Part shown: positions 62,563 through 64,000 of the stretch, one piece after another
Numbering within the stretch: the stretch's first letter is position 1
Layout of the letters: each line of letters opens with the position of its first letter
IMG/VR virus record: IMGVR_UViG_3300022173_000041
Coordinates: 1 to 64,000 of that record
DNA length: 64,000 bases
Direction: 5' to 3' (one strand)
DNA from: a virus
Taxonomy: Duplodnaviria; Caudoviricetes
Position numbers and translations under genes: made by a program
Notes under the pieces: generated by a model
Seen by the model: only the letters and a program-made list of their open reading frames with translations
What the model was told of the DNA's origin: nothing
Databases searched by the model: none

Positions 62563-63677
62563 CTGAAGATTTTCCTTAATCTTGCTATGTGTTCTGGCTT
62601 GATGTCGTATGAGCAAACCTCAATCATAATAAGTCTATTCAGCGACTTGTATGCTTCACCCTCAATTAGCTCATACATTCTGTCTTGAGTTAACCAAGTA
62701 TTTGAAAGTGGCTTATCCAGAAGATTGCCATCGTATCCAACCTCAACAGGTATGGTGAGGTTCTGATTTCTGAACATCTGGACCATTGATGTCGCTGAGT
62801 AGTCTATATTAACAATAAGAGGAAGAGCGTAGTAGGAATGCTCGCAGTCAGTCCTGACTTCCATCTTTTTGAAATAGGTTCCCTCAACAGCTTCTATAAT
62901 ACCGCGAGCCACTTCCTGCCTGCCAGCAACAATCTTCGGAAGCTTCTTGAGCTGCTCGCGAGCGATGGCTGCGGTAATCTCGGTCATTCTTAGATTAAGC
63001 CCCGGCGCTGCCTGCCCACGGCACTCACCATGGTTAATGGCGCCTGCCAGCTTTACATAAAGCCCTTCATCATTGTCGTTAACAACGCAGACGCCACCTT
63101 CACCGGTCTGGATGTGCTTGTGGACATTAAGGGAGAACACCCCGATATGACCGATGGTCCCGGTGTATTTACCGTTCTCCTTAGCCATGATGGCTTGAGC
63201 GTTGTCTTCGATCAGGTAGATGCCGCGACTATCGCAGATGCTGCGTAGCTGATGCAGCTTGGCTGGATGCCCGAACATATTGGTAGCAATGACCGCCTTG
63301 GTGCTTTCTGTGATCTGATTAGCCACGTCAGAAGGAGATAGACAGAAAGTATCAGGCTCAATGTCTGCCAGAATGATGGTGGCGCCAAGAACGGCAGGAG
63401 CGCATGCAGTGGCCGACATGGTGAAGTAAGGGACAATCACTTCGTCCCCGGGACCAACGCCAATAGCCATACAGGCAGCCAGAAGACCTGAGGTAGCCGA
63501 GTTGCATGGTATGGCGTTGTCTACCTTGAAAAACTTCTCCCACTCAGTCTGCAAACCGCGAACCTCAGGGCCAGCACCCATCTTGCTTGCTACATATCCA
63601 GATAGGTTGCCGCTGCGGATAACCCGCAAAACAGCCGCCTCTTCTTCTTTCCCGATAGTGTTGAATTTACCGATCAT
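62559..63677 (-). CDS. DegT/DnrJ/EryC1/StrS sugar aminotransferase (PseC-like role)
   Basis: NSATSGL; GPGDEVIVP..TMSATA; IEDNAQA; FSLNVHKHIQTGEGG (PLP lysine); start trimmed to 63677. Confidence 0.9.
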   Translation of the reverse strand: MIGKFNTIGKEEEAAVLRVIRSGNLSGYVASKMGAGPEVRGLQTEWEKFFKVDNAIPCNSATSGLLAACMAIGVGPGDEVIVPYFTMSATACAPAVLGATIILADIEPDTFCLSPSDVANQITESTKAVIATNMFGHPAKLHQLRSICDSRGIYLIEDNAQAIMAKENGKYTGTIGHIGVFSLNVHKHIQTGEGGVCVVNDNDEGLYVKLAGAINHGECRGQAAPGLNLRMTEITAAIAREQLKKLPKIVAGRQEVARGIIEAVEGTYFKKMEVRTDCEHSYYALPLIVNIDYSATSMVQMFRNQNLTIPVEVGYDGNLLDKPLSNTWLTQDRMYELIEGEAYKSLNRLIMIEVCSYDIKPEHIARLRKIFR

Positions 63678-64000
63678 AGGTAGCTCTTCAGTTCTTCGAC
63701 CGTCAGGAATTTGCTGTTGTTGATGCTGGTATACTCTTGTGGATTTGTTATGTTGGACACGCCATCGCTGTTGATTATATACCGGTCCCATGCTTCCAGC
63801 GCTCCTCTAGCTTCTTCCTCCGTCATGAGGATTTCGTGAAGTTTCTCGCCCGGCCTGATGCCAACGATGGTCTGCGGCAGTGTCGGCGCCATAGCTCTGG
63901 CTAGATCGACTACGCGCATGGATGGAAGCTTCGGGATGAAAATCTCCCTTCCCTTCATCATTCCTAGCGAGGAAAGAACAAGATTTACAGCTTCGTCCAT
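63674..64000 (-). CDS. pseB: UDP-GlcNAc 4,6-dehydratase (PseB/FlaA1-like), C-terminal part only
   Basis: MKGREIFIPKLPSMRVVDLARAMAP...VGIRPGEKLHEILM...YTSINNSKFLTVEEL. Confidence 0.85.
   Translation of the reverse strand: MDEAVNLVLSSLGMMKGREIFIPKLPSMRVVDLARAMAPTLPQTIVGIRPGEKLHEILMTEEEARGALEAWDRYIINSDGVSNITNPQEYTSINNSKFLTVEELKSYL

Noticed and set aside
1-64000. Numerous antisense or alternate-frame ORFs overlapping long genes (e.g. 3856-4497 minus, 19764-20435 minus, 41505-42020 minus)
   Set aside because: They are shadow ORFs of well-supported genes, with no motifs or RBS.
1-64000. Stop-codon recoding, reverse transcriptase/DGR/retron, or an integrase-based lysogeny module
   Set aside because: Genes are intact in the standard code, and no RT, template/variable repeat pair or recombinase motif was found in the window.

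Overview
The window is a 64-kb piece of a tailed dsDNA phage genome. Its organisation is podovirus-like (P22-type portal, nozzle and internal/ejection proteins, no tape measure or sheath gene seen). The probable host is an alphaproteobacterium (Hyphomicrobiales), judged from GcrA, DnaA-CTD, RlpA and Rhizobiales-type secreted proteins. Layout: 1-29.5 kb rightward virion and lysis genes; 29.5-37.2 kb leftward recombination/early genes; 37.2-42.3 kb rightward Cro/GcrA/tRNA-Ser/RusA/replication/AAA genes; 42.3-52 kb leftward accessory genes; 52-53.5 kb a non-coding divergent control or possible terminus region; 53.5-61.5 kb rightward small accessory genes; 61.3-64 kb a leftward pseudaminic-acid-type biosynthesis operon that runs off the window. 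No integrase, TerL, DNA polymerase or CRISPR array was seen. Four observations stand out. (1) About 18 small proteins, many with unrelated N-termini, end in a shared acidic amphipathic C-terminal helix (e.g. EYxEAMRAEEIMEGL), in a genome with three AAA+ ATPases and a vWA partner; this may be a modular adaptor or docking system. (2) PseB/PseC/PseI-like genes occur together with a CstII/Maf-like sialyltransferase-fold gene inside the structural operon, suggesting virion glycosylation with a nonulosonic acid. (3) A family of at least 9 covarying intergenic RNA-like hairpin elements, with a conserved 3x2 internal loop and a competing hairpin, precedes leftward accessory genes. (4) A recurring (Y/F/M)-(A/K)-x-GG-x-(V/I) peptide appears in putative internal virion proteins. 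All family assignments come from motif recognition by eye; no database search was run.
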